Positions 16,320 through 27,268 of a stretch of 35,482 nucleotides of DNA are shown here, one piece after another. The position numbers and the translations under genes are program-made. The notes below the pieces were generated by a model that saw nothing but the letters and a program-made list of their open reading frames with translations, was not told the origin of the DNA and did no database searches. The DNA is from a virus (Duplodnaviria > Caudoviricetes): positions 1 through 35,482 of the IMG/VR virus record IMGVR_UViG_3300025653_000115, one strand, 5' to 3'. Position 1 is the first letter of the stretch, and the number at the start of each line of letters is the position of its first letter.

Positions 16320-17810
16320 ATGGCACTGATACCACTAAAAATCCCGGCAGGGCTGTATCGTGTCGGTACTGATTACGAGTCAGCAAATCGTTGGTTTGAC
16401 GCAAGCCTAGTCAGATGGAAAAACAATTCACTGCGTCCGATTGGTGGTTGGTCAGAGCGTGATGATCTTTCAGCATCATTCACTGGTGTTCCACGGGCGG
16501 CTCACGCATGGAAGGACAATAGCGGAGATGCAAACCAAGTGTATGGGTCTGCTTCTGAACTTATTTATGTGAATGCGGGTGGGGTGGCGACAGATATCAC
16601 GCCATCTGGATTCACCACTGGTAATGATGATGCGTCAATCAATACAGCGTATAGCGGTGGGTTTTATGGCACTGGCTTGTACGGCACAAAGCGGATTGGG
16701 GCAAACTCTTTCCAAGAGGCTGATACATGGTCATTGGATAATTGGGGCGAATACTTAGTCGGCTGTTGTACATCTGACGGCAAGCTGTATGAGTGGGATC
16801 TCAATATAGCGAATAACGCGACACAGATAACTAACAGCCCAACAAGCTGTAAAGGTCTTGTGGTCACTGAGGAGCGATTCATTTTTGCCCTTGCATCTGG
16901 AGGTAATCCTAGAAAGATCGCTTGGTGCGACAGAGAAGACAACACGCTGTGGACTCCTGCGGCAACTAACGAGGCGGGTGACATCGAGCTACAGACCAGT
17001 GGCGAGATCATGACTGCTTTGCGTGTGCGTGGCCGTACAGTAATCATTACGACAGTAGATGCGCATATTGCCACATACCAAGGTCCTCCCTATGTGTATG
17101 GATTTGAGCGCATCGGGACAGCCTGTGGAGTGGCCTCAAGAAAGTCTGCTGTTGCAGTAGATCAGGGCGCGTTTTGGATGGGTAAGCAGTCGTTCTATGT
17201 GTTCGATGGTTCTATTGCGAAAAACATGCAATGCGATGTGTATGACAAGGTGTTTGGCGACATCAACCTGAACCAGATCAGTAAAGCATTTGGCGTTCAT
17301 AACAGTGAGCATAATGAGGTGTGGTGGTTCTACCCTTCAGGTGGGTCAACAGAGAACGACAGATACGTCACCTATGATTATGTGCAGAACTATTGGAGCT
17401 TTGGCGAAATCGATAGGACTTGCGGCACTGGGCAGGGTGTATTCCAGAACCCTATCTGGCTAGACGCTAGCGGTATTTCGTATGACCACGAGCAGATCGG
17501 AGTAGCCCACGGCAGTAGCACTCCATTTGCTGAAACGGCTCCAATATCACTTGGTAATGGCGATTCAATCATGAAGGTCAATCAGTTGATCTCTGATGAG
17601 GAAGTCAATGGTCAGGTGACTGTTGACTTCAAGACGCGATTCCATCCAAACGATACAGAGCGAGAGTATGGCCCATACACTCTAACCACTCAGCCGACAT
17701 CTGTCAGGTTTAGCGGAAGGCAGATCAGGATGCGCGTAGAGGCGGCAACGAATGAAGATTGGCGCGTTGGAACAATGCGAGTCAACGCAGAGGCGGGTGG
17801 TAGACGGTGA
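16320..17810 (+). CDS. Tail nozzle / packaged-DNA stabilization protein
   Basis: 496-aa beta-rich protein with WSLDNWGEYL and EVWWFYPS motifs; position between fibres and ejection genes. Confidence 0.75.
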   Translation: MALIPLKIPAGLYRVGTDYESANRWFDASLVRWKNNSLRPIGGWSERDDLSASFTGVPRAAHAWKDNSGDANQVYGSASELIYVNAGGVATDITPSGFTTGNDDASINTAYSGGFYGTGLYGTKRIGANSFQEADTWSLDNWGEYLVGCCTSDGKLYEWDLNIANNATQITNSPTSCKGLVVTEERFIFALASGGNPRKIAWCDREDNTLWTPAATNEAGDIELQTSGEIMTALRVRGRTVIITTVDAHIATYQGPPYVYGFERIGTACGVASRKSAVAVDQGAFWMGKQSFYVFDGSIAKNMQCDVYDKVFGDINLNQISKAFGVHNSEHNEVWWFYPSGGSTENDRYVTYDYVQNYWSFGEIDRTCGTGQGVFQNPIWLDASGISYDHEQIGVAHGSSTPFAETAPISLGNGDSIMKVNQLISDEEVNGQVTVDFKTRFHPNDTEREYGPYTLTTQPTSVRFSGRQIRMRVEAATNEDWRVGTMRVNAEAGGRR

Positions 17811-18469
17811 GTGAATTACCTCCTGCCCCACTTGGGCCAAACTGGTCTTCTTGGGGTGAACGGCTCAATCAGTATCTAGCAAGGAATTTGTCGAAGCTGA
17901 GTCAATTGCGTGGCGGTGAGTCAGCGGCTGATGATGGCTATCTTGCATGGGATCGTGAAGGACAATATCCAGTCGTTTCAAAAGATGGCGAATGGCGACA
18001 GATTGTTTTGTCTGACGGCAATGGGTTTCTGTACAACAATTCAGACATCACTGCCGCGGCAAGCAACACGGCATATGCAATTGACTTCACGATTGGCACA
18101 GGATCTGGCCTCACATTAGGTGCGTCACCAAACGAGTCACGCATTTATTTTGATGAAGGCGGTGTGTATTACTTAACATTCACAGCTCAAATTTATTCAA
18201 CAAACTCATCCGCACAGACGTTTTACTTTTGGCCTCGCATTAATGGCACAGACGTACCACTTGGAGCCACTAGGGCTGTTTTATCAGCCAACGGTGAAAC
18301 CCAACCTGTTACCAAGGGCGCTGTGTTTGAGGTAAATACAGGTGATTATTTGGAAGCGATGTGGGCAACATCAGACCACACAAAGGGATCTCTTGAAGCG
18401 TTTGCGGCAACCGCATTTTCCCCGGCAGATCCATCTGTCACTCTATCGGTAGTGAGGATTAGCGGATAA
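17807..18469 (+). CDS. Tail-associated structural protein
   Basis: Overlaps the nozzle stop; C-terminal beta-sandwich-like GVYYLTFTAQ...GDYLEAMW. Confidence 0.6.
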   Translation: MSELPPAPLGPNWSSWGERLNQYLARNLSKLSQLRGGESAADDGYLAWDREGQYPVVSKDGEWRQIVLSDGNGFLYNNSDITAAASNTAYAIDFTIGTGSGLTLGASPNESRIYFDEGGVYYLTFTAQIYSTNSSAQTFYFWPRINGTDVPLGATRAVLSANGETQPVTKGAVFEVNTGDYLEAMWATSDHTKGSLEAFAATAFSPADPSVTLSVVRISG

Positions 18470-18858
18470 TGGAAGACATGGGCGAGCTACCTGAAATCGC
18501 GTTTCAGTTGAAGAGGTGTTTACCTTGGATCGAAGCGGCCTTGCAGTACAGCGGCGGAACGCATACAGCGAAAGATGTTGTGCAAGGTGTAATTGAAGGC
18601 AGGATGCAACTGTGGCCGGGGCCAGACTCATGTGCAGTCACCGAGATTGTGGTGTATCCTATGAAGAAAGTTTTACATGTATTTCTTGCGGGCGGAAACA
18701 TGGAAACTATCGTTGACATGCAGAAGTCAGCCGAAGAATGGGGTAAGGCCCAAGGTTGTACTGCAATGACGATAGCAGGACGGAAAGGTTGGTCCAGAGT
18801 TCTGGCTGACCATGGGTACAAAGAACAGTTTGTGACTCTCGCAAAGGAGATAACATGA
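18469..18858 (+). CDS. GNAT-like protein (T7 gp13-like position)
   Basis: AVTEI..YP..KVLHVFLAGG...GCTAMTIAGRKGWSRVL. Confidence 0.65.
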   Translation: MEDMGELPEIAFQLKRCLPWIEAALQYSGGTHTAKDVVQGVIEGRMQLWPGPDSCAVTEIVVYPMKKVLHVFLAGGNMETIVDMQKSAEEWGKAQGCTAMTIAGRKGWSRVLADHGYKEQFVTLAKEIT

Positions 18859-19259
18859 GTGGTGGTAAAGGCGGATCAGCCTCATCAGCAACACAGATCC
18901 CAGATTGGATCAAAGAGCCGTCAGTCCGAAACATCGGTCGTGCCGAGCAGGCACAGCAGATCGGATATCAGCCATACTATGGTCTTGATGTAGCGGCCCC
19001 GAACGAAACGCAACGTGCGGCGGCTCAGATGAACATCGGCACTGCACAAGCATTCGGAATGATGCCACAAGGCTACGAGAACATGACTGCGTTCTCAGGT
19101 ATGCCACAGGCTCAGACAATCGGCGGTGTTAGTGGTTACTCATCAGCACCGATGTTCGAGCAAGCAGTTAAAGCAGGCGCAACAGCAAATCCTACTCAGG
19201 CGGAGATATATAATTCTCTGTTTGGATCAGACACTGGGTATAAAGGAAAGGTGGTTTAA
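18855..19259 (+). CDS. Small ejection (internal virion) protein
   Basis: MSGGKGGS..TQIPDW N-terminus typical of podovirus pilot proteins. Confidence 0.65.
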   Translation: MSGGKGGSASSATQIPDWIKEPSVRNIGRAEQAQQIGYQPYYGLDVAAPNETQRAAAQMNIGTAQAFGMMPQGYENMTAFSGMPQAQTIGGVSGYSSAPMFEQAVKAGATANPTQAEIYNSLFGSDTGYKGKVV

Positions 19260-19260
19260 G

Positions 19261-20088
19261 ATGGCAGGTTCAGGGATAAGCGGATTAAGTTCAGTAGGCA
19301 AGCCGACTGGCCCACCACCTGTGCCGGGACTGCATTATCAAACTAGCATGCTGAATACGCAGGGAACAAATCAGCCACAACAGGGAATGAGCCAACAACC
19401 TCAGACCGGAATAGGCGGAGTTCCTGTGAATCCAATGCAACAGGCATCTATGGCACAACAAGCCGCACTAGCAGGAACGTTAGGTGCAGGCACTACAAAC
19501 ATCGGGACCATCGCAGGTTCTAATATCGGTCAGTACCAGAATCCATATACTCAGCAGGTCATTGACGCTACTCAGGCCGACATTTTGCGCGGCGCTACAC
19601 AAGGGATCAATGCACTGGATTATCAGGCAGGCCGAGCAGGCGCATTTGGCGGTTCACGCCACGGCGTTGCACTCGGTGAGTTAGGTACTGGTGTCGCACA
19701 GCAGTTGGCACAAACATCTGCGGGTTTGAGACAGGCAGGATTCCAGAACGCACAGCAAATGGCGCAGTCTGATATTCAAAATCGTCTTCAACAGGCTAAT
19801 CTCGGTCTTGGGGCGGCACAGCAACTTGGTAATCTTGGTCAGCAGTCATTCGGATACGGTACAGACATTCAGAATCAGCTTTCACGGCAGGGTCAGTATC
19901 AGCAGGCAATAGATCAAGCTCTCATTGACGCGGGTAAGGCTCAGTTTGCAGGCTACACTGGCGCTCCGGCGGCAGGTCTTGGCTATGCCTCTCAGGCGTT
20001 GGGTGCTACAACAGTACCGACAACGACTACACAGACTAAGCAACCGGGCTTGTTTGACTACCTCACACTGGCGGCATCGGCGGCTTAA
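19261..20088 (+). CDS. DNA transfer / ejection protein
   Basis: Q/A/G-rich, YQNPYTQQVID...AGAFGGSRHGVA motif; ATG 19261. Confidence 0.7.
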   Translation: MAGSGISGLSSVGKPTGPPPVPGLHYQTSMLNTQGTNQPQQGMSQQPQTGIGGVPVNPMQQASMAQQAALAGTLGAGTTNIGTIAGSNIGQYQNPYTQQVIDATQADILRGATQGINALDYQAGRAGAFGGSRHGVALGELGTGVAQQLAQTSAGLRQAGFQNAQQMAQSDIQNRLQQANLGLGAAQQLGNLGQQSFGYGTDIQNQLSRQGQYQQAIDQALIDAGKAQFAGYTGAPAAGLGYASQALGATTVPTTTTQTKQPGLFDYLTLAASAA

Positions 20089-20705
20089 TGAATACGATAC
20101 TGGACGCGGTTTTGGCGGCTCAAGAGCGTAACAAGCGTGAAGACAAATTGCGCGAGTTGCGGCAGGCCGAAATGCAACCAGTTTTGCCTACTGGCGTTAA
20201 GCCAATTCTACCGATTCCACAAGATGGTGGTGGAGATGGTCCGGAGCCATATACTCCAGACACGCGCACTCCTGCTGAGAAATATCAGGACATGGTGGAT
20301 GCCAACCGCAACCAAGGTCTTGGTGTTCTTATGCCGGGCGGGATGGCAGTTGGTCTATTGAATGATTACCAGATCAGCAAGATGGAAGAAATGTATCCTG
20401 AGTTGAAGCCAAAAGACCCGTACTCAGATTATGCGCGTAGCAGATTCTCAAATGTTGGTCAGGTAGTTCTTGGGCGCGGATACCCAACACAGCAGGGCAA
20501 GCTAGCGACAAGCATCTTGGATCGACTAACAGGAAATATGCCAACATGGGCTGAGTCACTCGCAAGGGTGAACTACTCTATTCCAACACAAACTCGCAAC
20601 TTCAACCTCGGCGGCGGTGACGGCGGTGGTAATGATGGCGACATCGGTGGCTACGCAAGAGAGAGCCTCTCATGGGATTCATTTGACGACACACAGGTAG
20701 CGTGA
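20088..20705 (+). CDS. Putative internal virion protein
   Basis: TAATG overlap; low-complexity; within the ejection cluster. Confidence 0.55.
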   Translation: MNTILDAVLAAQERNKREDKLRELRQAEMQPVLPTGVKPILPIPQDGGGDGPEPYTPDTRTPAEKYQDMVDANRNQGLGVLMPGGMAVGLLNDYQISKMEEMYPELKPKDPYSDYARSRFSNVGQVVLGRGYPTQQGKLATSILDRLTGNMPTWAESLARVNYSIPTQTRNFNLGGGDGGGNDGDIGGYARESLSWDSFDDTQVA

Positions 20706-21094
20706 TGGGTATATTGGATATTCTCGGTGATTACGGGAAAGACATTGCGGCAGGCCGTGATGCTATGCGCTTTGAGATCGCTGATGCGCTAGGTGAGACA
20801 AAGACAATGATCGATGAGGGCGATGCATCTCAGTACAAGGTCATTGACCAAGATGCATATGACGACTCACAAAAAGCATTTATGACGGCGGCGGCATCAA
20901 TGGCGCAAATGCCTGAAATCAAACCGGGAGTCCTGTCCCCACAGGTTATTAGCTCGCCCGCTCCTATGGGTGTACAGGCTCCCAACCCTTATGCGCCTGT
21001 GAATTACGGTACAATGCCGTATCAACGAGGTGGGATTGGCCGAACGCCATCAATGGAAGAAATCTTGAAGGCTTTACAAAGCCGAGGACAGTAG
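20705..21094 (+). CDS. Putative internal virion protein
   Basis: MGILDILG N-terminal motif; within the ejection cluster. Confidence 0.55.
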   Translation: MGILDILGDYGKDIAAGRDAMRFEIADALGETKTMIDEGDASQYKVIDQDAYDDSQKAFMTAAASMAQMPEIKPGVLSPQVISSPAPMGVQAPNPYAPVNYGTMPYQRGGIGRTPSMEEILKALQSRGQ

Positions 21095-21103
21095 GAGTCA
21101 ACT

Positions 21104-22582
21104 GTGGCTGTATTAGGTAATCGTGGCACTGGCATACTGGATATGCTGATTGAGGGCTACAAGCGAAGCGGTGTGGACATGGAACAACCTAATATGTCTC
21201 CTGTTGGCAGAACACCACTACAGACGACATTGAACCGGCCACAAATGCAGTTAAGCTCACAGGGAGGAGTCATGGCTACCACAATGCCTGATAATCCGTT
21301 CGGAGCGCCTGTAGAGGCTTCTACTGTACCTATGATCCAAGACCTAGCAAGGGGCCGGATTCTCGATTCCAACAATCCTATGCGTGATGTTGGCCAACCA
21401 ATGCCAGTTCAGCAGGCAGTAGCAAGAGAGCAAGCAAGGCAGTCTGATGATCCTATGGGTATGCAAAAACTTGCCGAAGACGCGGCAAAGGTTCAGGAAG
21501 CAATCAATGACAACCCTCAGCTAGAGCAAGACTCAACATTCATGGATAAGGTCAAAAAATACTTTGGCAACCGTGAGAACATGGCGAAGCTAGCCCTCGC
21601 ATTTAACTCAATGCGGTTAAGCCCAGACGCAGGTCTAGCGGCTTCACTCGGTCAGGAACTGAAAGATATCCGGGCCACAAGAGCCGATGAGGAGCTACGC
21701 AATAGGACGGCGGCATATTTCGCAAAAACAGATCCAAAGATTGCGGCGGCTATGATGGCAGGGCTAAGCGCAAAAGATGCTATCGCGCTCTCGCAGGATA
21801 AAAACAAGGGCGTTGTGGTAGGCAAAATGATCGTCAACCCACGGACCGGCGATATTATTTATGACGGCTCAAAAGAAGGCAGTGATCTGCCTGACTCGGT
21901 ACAAAAGATTATGTGGGGCGCAAAGCAACTCGGATTGACGCCGGGAACTGATGAGTACAAAGACTACATCACATCACAATTTAGTAAGAGCAAAGGTATG
22001 TCGTTCCGCGTTCGCAAGGACGGAACCATCGAGTTTACTGAGGGTGGTGAACTTGGATCACTGACTGAAGGTCAGGGTAAGGGATTGATGTTCTCTCAGC
22101 GGATGGGCGCTTCTCAAAAAATCATTAATACGGTGGAGAACGAAGGGACGAGCATATTCAATGCGATTGTCTCAAATGTACCGTTCGCGGGTAACCTGCT
22201 GACATCTCCAGAATATAAGTTGTATGAACAAGCCAAGAGAGATTTTATCAACGCTCAGTTGCGCTTTGAATCTGGTGCGGCTATCGCCCCGTCAGAATTT
22301 GCAAACGCAGATAAGCAATATTTCCCACAGCCCGGCGACACACCAGAAGTTATTGCTCAGAAGCGAGCAAACCGTGAGCTAGCTATTCAGACAATGAATG
22401 CCGTGTCTGGGCCTGACGCAGAAGCGTACGCAAAAAATATTCGTGTCAAATTGTTTGGACCACGGGCGGCTGACTGGCCTGATGCAGGAACTGTTATCGA
22501 TGATCCAGACAACCCCGGAACTAAGTTAAGGTTCAAAGGAGGTGACCCGGACATTGACTCAAATTGGAGTCCAGTCCAATGA
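21104..22582 (+). CDS. Ejection protein
   Basis: AGGAG RBS with GTG start; YEQAKRDFINAQLRFESGAAI..SEF....KQYFPQPGD motif of podovirus DNA-transfer proteins. Confidence 0.7.
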   Translation: MAVLGNRGTGILDMLIEGYKRSGVDMEQPNMSPVGRTPLQTTLNRPQMQLSSQGGVMATTMPDNPFGAPVEASTVPMIQDLARGRILDSNNPMRDVGQPMPVQQAVAREQARQSDDPMGMQKLAEDAAKVQEAINDNPQLEQDSTFMDKVKKYFGNRENMAKLALAFNSMRLSPDAGLAASLGQELKDIRATRADEELRNRTAAYFAKTDPKIAAAMMAGLSAKDAIALSQDKNKGVVVGKMIVNPRTGDIIYDGSKEGSDLPDSVQKIMWGAKQLGLTPGTDEYKDYITSQFSKSKGMSFRVRKDGTIEFTEGGELGSLTEGQGKGLMFSQRMGASQKIINTVENEGTSIFNAIVSNVPFAGNLLTSPEYKLYEQAKRDFINAQLRFESGAAIAPSEFANADKQYFPQPGDTPEVIAQKRANRELAIQTMNAVSGPDAEAYAKNIRVKLFGPRAADWPDAGTVIDDPDNPGTKLRFKGGDPDIDSNWSPVQ

Positions 22583-24840
22583 GCAAGTGGCAACGAAGTC
22601 AGGGTCAGGGCGGCCCAGTAAACGCCGCTAACGCCACTGGAAGCAAATGGGCAAGAAGCCAAGGCATCGCGGGTCCAAGTGAGTCAAAGGCGTTTGACGT
22701 AATCAAAACTCTTGATGATGGATCTCAGGTCATTCAGTTCAATGACGGCTCAATGCAAGTCCTCAACCAAGAGGCAGGACTCGCGTCAAAAGATCCAGAT
22801 GTAGTCAATGCGGCAATGCGTGGCGAAAGCCCGGTCGAAGCATCCAAGCAGAAGCGCGCAGGAGAAATACTTGCACAGCCCGGAGCCTTCCGAGGCGCGA
22901 AGGCGGCGACACTACTTGAAGGACTGCCATTTGTTGGTTCATATGTTGATGAGCTACTAGGCGGTACACCACGAGGCGAGGCTCAAGTCAGGGGCTTGCA
23001 GTCTGCATTGGAAACAACGTCACCGGGTCAGGCACTAGCACTTCAGGCAACTGGCGGTGTGAAGGGTGGGGCGTTACTTGGCCTAGTAGGTGCTGAAGCA
23101 GGCGCGGCAAACGTACTAAACAAGATTGCACAACTCCCACGCGCTCAAAAATATCTGAGTTACCTCGGCCTTGGATCCTTGATAGGCGGAACTGAGGGAG
23201 GCATTTATGGATACGGTCAGGGAGATACTCCACAAGAACGTATACAAAAAGCTCAAGAGGGCGCGATTTTAGGTGGCGGAATTTCTGGCGCTTTGACAAC
23301 TGCGTTACCTGCAATCGGTAATACACTCGCAAAAGGATACGCACAACTGAGAACAACACTGACCCGCAAGGATGTAACGAACATTGCGCGTGAGCTTGGT
23401 GTATCGCCTGATGCGGCAAAGGTCATCCAGTCTGTGGTACAGCAGGGCGATTCAGATCTTGCTGACATGTTGGCGGCGATCGATCGTGCAGGCGAACAGG
23501 GAATGATCGCTGATGCAGATGTTGCGACTCAGGTGCTACTTGATGCGGCGGCGGCTACTGAGGGTGGCGCACTAGCGATTACCCGTGGCGCTGTGGAAGG
23601 CCGAGCGAAAGAGGCAGGCCAAGCCCTTGAAGGCGTGATGGATGAGGCACTTGTCCCAATCCCCCGCATCGGTGGTCAGGCCGCTGATATGCAGGATATT
23701 GCTGAAGGTATTGCGGCTCAGACAAGAGACGCAAGAAGCCAAGCGTACAACACTGCGTACGGCACACCAATTAACTGGCTCAGCGACAAAGGCCAAGCAA
23801 TCACATCAGTTGTAAACAGAATCCCCTCCTCAATGGTTAGTCGGGCAATTCAGGAAGCAAACGATGAGATGAAGATCAATGGCATCCCGGATCAGATCGT
23901 TGCAAAACTCGATGCCAAAGGGAATGTCATTGGTTTCGAGCGAGAGTTAAACGTGGTCCAGTTGGACTACATAAAAAGAGCGCTTGGTGATATCGGGTCT
24001 GAAGTGGATGAACTTGGCCGATCAACAGCGAACGCAGGCCGCGCTCAGACATTGTATGGTCAATTGAGTCGCGCACTCAGTGAGGCTGTCCCGTCTTACA
24101 AAGATGCTGTCAAGCTAGGTGGCGACAAAAAGGCCCGAGACAGGGCGCTTTTGGTAGGCGAGAAACTGCTTGATAAGAATGTGACAGCGAGAGAAGTGGC
24201 GCGTCAAATGTCCAATCTCGATGAAGGGCAGAAGTTGTATGCGCGTGTTGGATTGCGTGATCGAGTGCAGAGAACAATTGATGGTGTGAAGGCAACGATC
24301 ACATCACCAGATGTTGATATCAACGCACTGCGGGAAGTCCTGCGTGACCTGTCATCGAAAGCAAACCAAGCAAAGGTCAAAGCCGTCATTGGACCTGATA
24401 ACGCGGCGAAGCTATTCAGGGAGCTTGAGAAGGCCAACGCGGCACTTTCACTCCGGGCGGCAGTCGCAACAAACTCAAAGACAGCGACACGCCAAGCACT
24501 GCAAAAACAGATCAGCGAAATCACAGAGCCGGGCGCGCTACAGACACTCGCACAGGGCGAGCCACTGGCGGCAACAAGGCAAGTGATTCAGGCTGTTTCT
24601 GGCGCAACTGGTGAATACACTGCGGCGCAGAAAGGCGAGATCATGAAAGAGATCGCTCGCGCCATGACCTCCGCGAGAGGTGAAGAAGCCAAGCGCCAAC
24701 TGACAGTGATTTATAATGCTGTAAAAGAGAACCGGGCGACCAATGAGCAGATGCAACAGGCGGCGGACTTCTTGGTCAACAGTGTTACACTTCCTGCTAC
24801 GGTATTCGGTGTACAAACGCAGACTAGGGACGCTATGTAA
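22579..24840 (+). CDS. Large ejection / internal virion protein
   Basis: ~753-aa Ala/Gly/Gln-rich helical protein; ATGA overlap at 22579. Confidence 0.7.
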   Translation: MSKWQRSQGQGGPVNAANATGSKWARSQGIAGPSESKAFDVIKTLDDGSQVIQFNDGSMQVLNQEAGLASKDPDVVNAAMRGESPVEASKQKRAGEILAQPGAFRGAKAATLLEGLPFVGSYVDELLGGTPRGEAQVRGLQSALETTSPGQALALQATGGVKGGALLGLVGAEAGAANVLNKIAQLPRAQKYLSYLGLGSLIGGTEGGIYGYGQGDTPQERIQKAQEGAILGGGISGALTTALPAIGNTLAKGYAQLRTTLTRKDVTNIARELGVSPDAAKVIQSVVQQGDSDLADMLAAIDRAGEQGMIADADVATQVLLDAAAATEGGALAITRGAVEGRAKEAGQALEGVMDEALVPIPRIGGQAADMQDIAEGIAAQTRDARSQAYNTAYGTPINWLSDKGQAITSVVNRIPSSMVSRAIQEANDEMKINGIPDQIVAKLDAKGNVIGFERELNVVQLDYIKRALGDIGSEVDELGRSTANAGRAQTLYGQLSRALSEAVPSYKDAVKLGGDKKARDRALLVGEKLLDKNVTAREVARQMSNLDEGQKLYARVGLRDRVQRTIDGVKATITSPDVDINALREVLRDLSSKANQAKVKAVIGPDNAAKLFRELEKANAALSLRAAVATNSKTATRQALQKQISEITEPGALQTLAQGEPLAATRQVIQAVSGATGEYTAAQKGEIMKEIARAMTSARGEEAKRQLTVIYNAVKENRATNEQMQQAADFLVNSVTLPATVFGVQTQTRDAM

Positions 24841-27020
24841 TGATTGAACCTGAAATGATCGAAGAAATCGTTGAAGACGTTGAAGACACTATGATGGAAG
24901 TCGATGACGCTGAAAGCACCGGCCCTGAGCCAATGGATGAAGACGACATCCAGAATGTTGCCCGTGACGCTGTAACAGACGCAATCGATTTCATTGAGTC
25001 AGAGATCTCAGAGGACCGTATCCGGGCGCAGAGATACTTTGAGGGTAAAGTCGATCTGGGCCACGAGGAAGGCCGTAGCGCGATTGTAGCGACAAAGGTT
25101 AGGGACACTATTCGGAACATCAAACCATCGCTTATGCGCGTGTTCCTGTCCAATGAGAACTATGTCCAGTTCGTTCCGCGTGGACCCCAGGAAGTGCAGT
25201 CAGCAGAAACTGCGACACGGTACATCCACAACCAGTTCACGGAAAAGAACGGTTACAAGATCATCTCAGACGCATTCCATGACGCACTGCTGAAGAAGGC
25301 CGGTGTGGTCAAGGTGTACTGGGATGAGTACACAGAATCAGAAAACTACAAACTCACGAACCTGACAGAAGCAGAGATGATGCTGATCGTTCAGGACGAG
25401 GATGTGGAAGTATTGGAACAGTCAATGGAAATGGCTGTATCGATTGATGAGTTCGGCACAGAGGTCCAGACTCCTGAGTATTCGTTGCGCGTGGCTCATT
25501 ACAAGAAGGGCGGGAAACTGTGTGTTGACTCAGTGCCGCCGGAAGAGTTCTTTGTGTCACGTTCAGCCCGTTCAATCGATGACGCTTACTGCGTAGGACA
25601 TCGTACCGAGATGCGGGTATCCGATCTTGTGGCGATGGGGTACGAGTACGATGAAGTGTCAAAACTATCTGGCATTCGTGATTACGACACGATGGCAGAG
25701 GCGGAAGATTTCGAGAGGCGTGGCTACGATCAAGTTGAAGAGGACGACATCCTAGACCCTTCAATGCGATTGGTCGCCGTCACAGAGTGCTACATGAAAA
25801 TGGACATCGATGGGACTGGCATTGCCCAGATGCATCGTATCCTGATGGGCGGCGGTGACTACAAGTTACTCGACTACGAGCCAGTTAACGAAGTTCCATT
25901 TGCGGTATTTGAGTGTGACCCAGAGCCACACGCATTCTTTGGCCGCTCGATTGCTGATCTGATTATCGAAGATCAGGACGCATCAACATCTATCCTGCGC
26001 GGTATCCTCGACAACATTGCGATGACCAACAACCCTCGCACAACGATGGTCGAAGGTCAGGTGAACATCGATGACCTACTGAACAACGAGATTGGTGGTG
26101 TGGTCCGCATGAAGCAACCCGGTGCTGTCGGTGAGTTGGCAGTGCCATTCGTGGCAGGCCAGACGTTAAGTGCGTTGCAGTATTACGACTCAGTCATTGA
26201 GCAGAAGACTGGCGTCTCTCGCGCATCAATGGGCCTCGATCCAGACGCGCTACAGAACAGCACAGCAACTGCGGCTAAGTTGACCGTGAATGCGGCGGCA
26301 GGCCAGATCGAGGTGATTGCCCGTAACTTTGCAGAAGGCGGCATGTCCCGGTTGTTCAAGTTGATGCTGAAAGCATTGGCCGAGAACAGCCCAGAAGGTC
26401 AGATGATGCGTATCGCAGGCGATCAGTTTGCACCGATCGATCCACGTTCATGGAGCGTAGACATGGGCATCTCTGTCAATGTCGGACTCGGCACTGGCAA
26501 GGAAGATGAAAAGATCCAAGTCCTGATGCAGACGCTCCAGACTCAGATGAGCATATGGCAGTCATATGGCCCACAAAACGGCTTGGTCGGTATGACGAAC
26601 ATTCGCAACACTTTGGCTGACATTTTAGCTGTCGGTGGCGTGAAGAACGCAGACCGCTACTACATGCCGATGGATCCACAGCGCGAACAGCAACTGGTCA
26701 TGCAGGCACAGCAGGCGGCGCAACAGGGTCAACAAGATCCAAACGCGGCACTGGCGCAAGCACAGATTCAGGCCGAAACAATCCGGGCGCAGGCCAAGGC
26801 ACAGTCAGATATGGCGAAGATCCAGTTGGACGCGCAGAAGGCACTGGCTGAAGACGACCGCGTTCGAGACAAGATGGACCAAGACCTACTGGTCAAGGCG
26901 GCAGAAGTGATTGGCAAGTACGGCACAGCGGTAGACGTTGAGCGCATCAAGGCCATGCAGGCTGAACCACGTTACGCAGATGTGACGCCAACTGAGGCTG
27001 TCCCACAAGCGAGGTACTAA
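24840..27020 (+). CDS. Portal protein (P22-like)
   Basis: YFEG...EEGRS.IV...VRDT...PSLMRVF, VPPEEF, PEPHAFFGRSIAD, Gln-rich barrel; upstream of scaffold and capsid. Confidence 0.9.
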   Translation: MIEPEMIEEIVEDVEDTMMEVDDAESTGPEPMDEDDIQNVARDAVTDAIDFIESEISEDRIRAQRYFEGKVDLGHEEGRSAIVATKVRDTIRNIKPSLMRVFLSNENYVQFVPRGPQEVQSAETATRYIHNQFTEKNGYKIISDAFHDALLKKAGVVKVYWDEYTESENYKLTNLTEAEMMLIVQDEDVEVLEQSMEMAVSIDEFGTEVQTPEYSLRVAHYKKGGKLCVDSVPPEEFFVSRSARSIDDAYCVGHRTEMRVSDLVAMGYEYDEVSKLSGIRDYDTMAEAEDFERRGYDQVEEDDILDPSMRLVAVTECYMKMDIDGTGIAQMHRILMGGGDYKLLDYEPVNEVPFAVFECDPEPHAFFGRSIADLIIEDQDASTSILRGILDNIAMTNNPRTTMVEGQVNIDDLLNNEIGGVVRMKQPGAVGELAVPFVAGQTLSALQYYDSVIEQKTGVSRASMGLDPDALQNSTATAAKLTVNAAAGQIEVIARNFAEGGMSRLFKLMLKALAENSPEGQMMRIAGDQFAPIDPRSWSVDMGISVNVGLGTGKEDEKIQVLMQTLQTQMSIWQSYGPQNGLVGMTNIRNTLADILAVGGVKNADRYYMPMDPQREQQLVMQAQQAAQQGQQDPNAALAQAQIQAETIRAQAKAQSDMAKIQLDAQKALAEDDRVRDKMDQDLLVKAAEVIGKYGTAVDVERIKAMQAEPRYADVTPTEAVPQARY

Positions 27021-27247
27021 TGAATGCAAAAGAGCGAGCGCATCAACTGAGAAGAATCGTCAATGACGATATCTTCAAAGAAATGATGAAGGAAGTAATT
27101 GAAAGGCAGACTGCTGTATTTTTAAACAGTTCTGCTACCATGCAAGAAATCGAGCGCGCCCATCATGTAATCAAGGGTGTGCATGCGGTTGAGGCGCACA
27201 TTGAGTCTGTGTTTAACGCAGAAGCAATTTACGACAAAAAGCAGTAA
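27020..27247 (+). CDS. Small head-associated protein
   Basis: 75-aa helical ORF between portal and scaffold. Confidence 0.65.
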   Translation: MNAKERAHQLRRIVNDDIFKEMMKEVIERQTAVFLNSSATMQEIERAHHVIKGVHAVEAHIESVFNAEAIYDKKQ

Positions 27248-27268
27248 AATATACTGGAGATCAGCACC

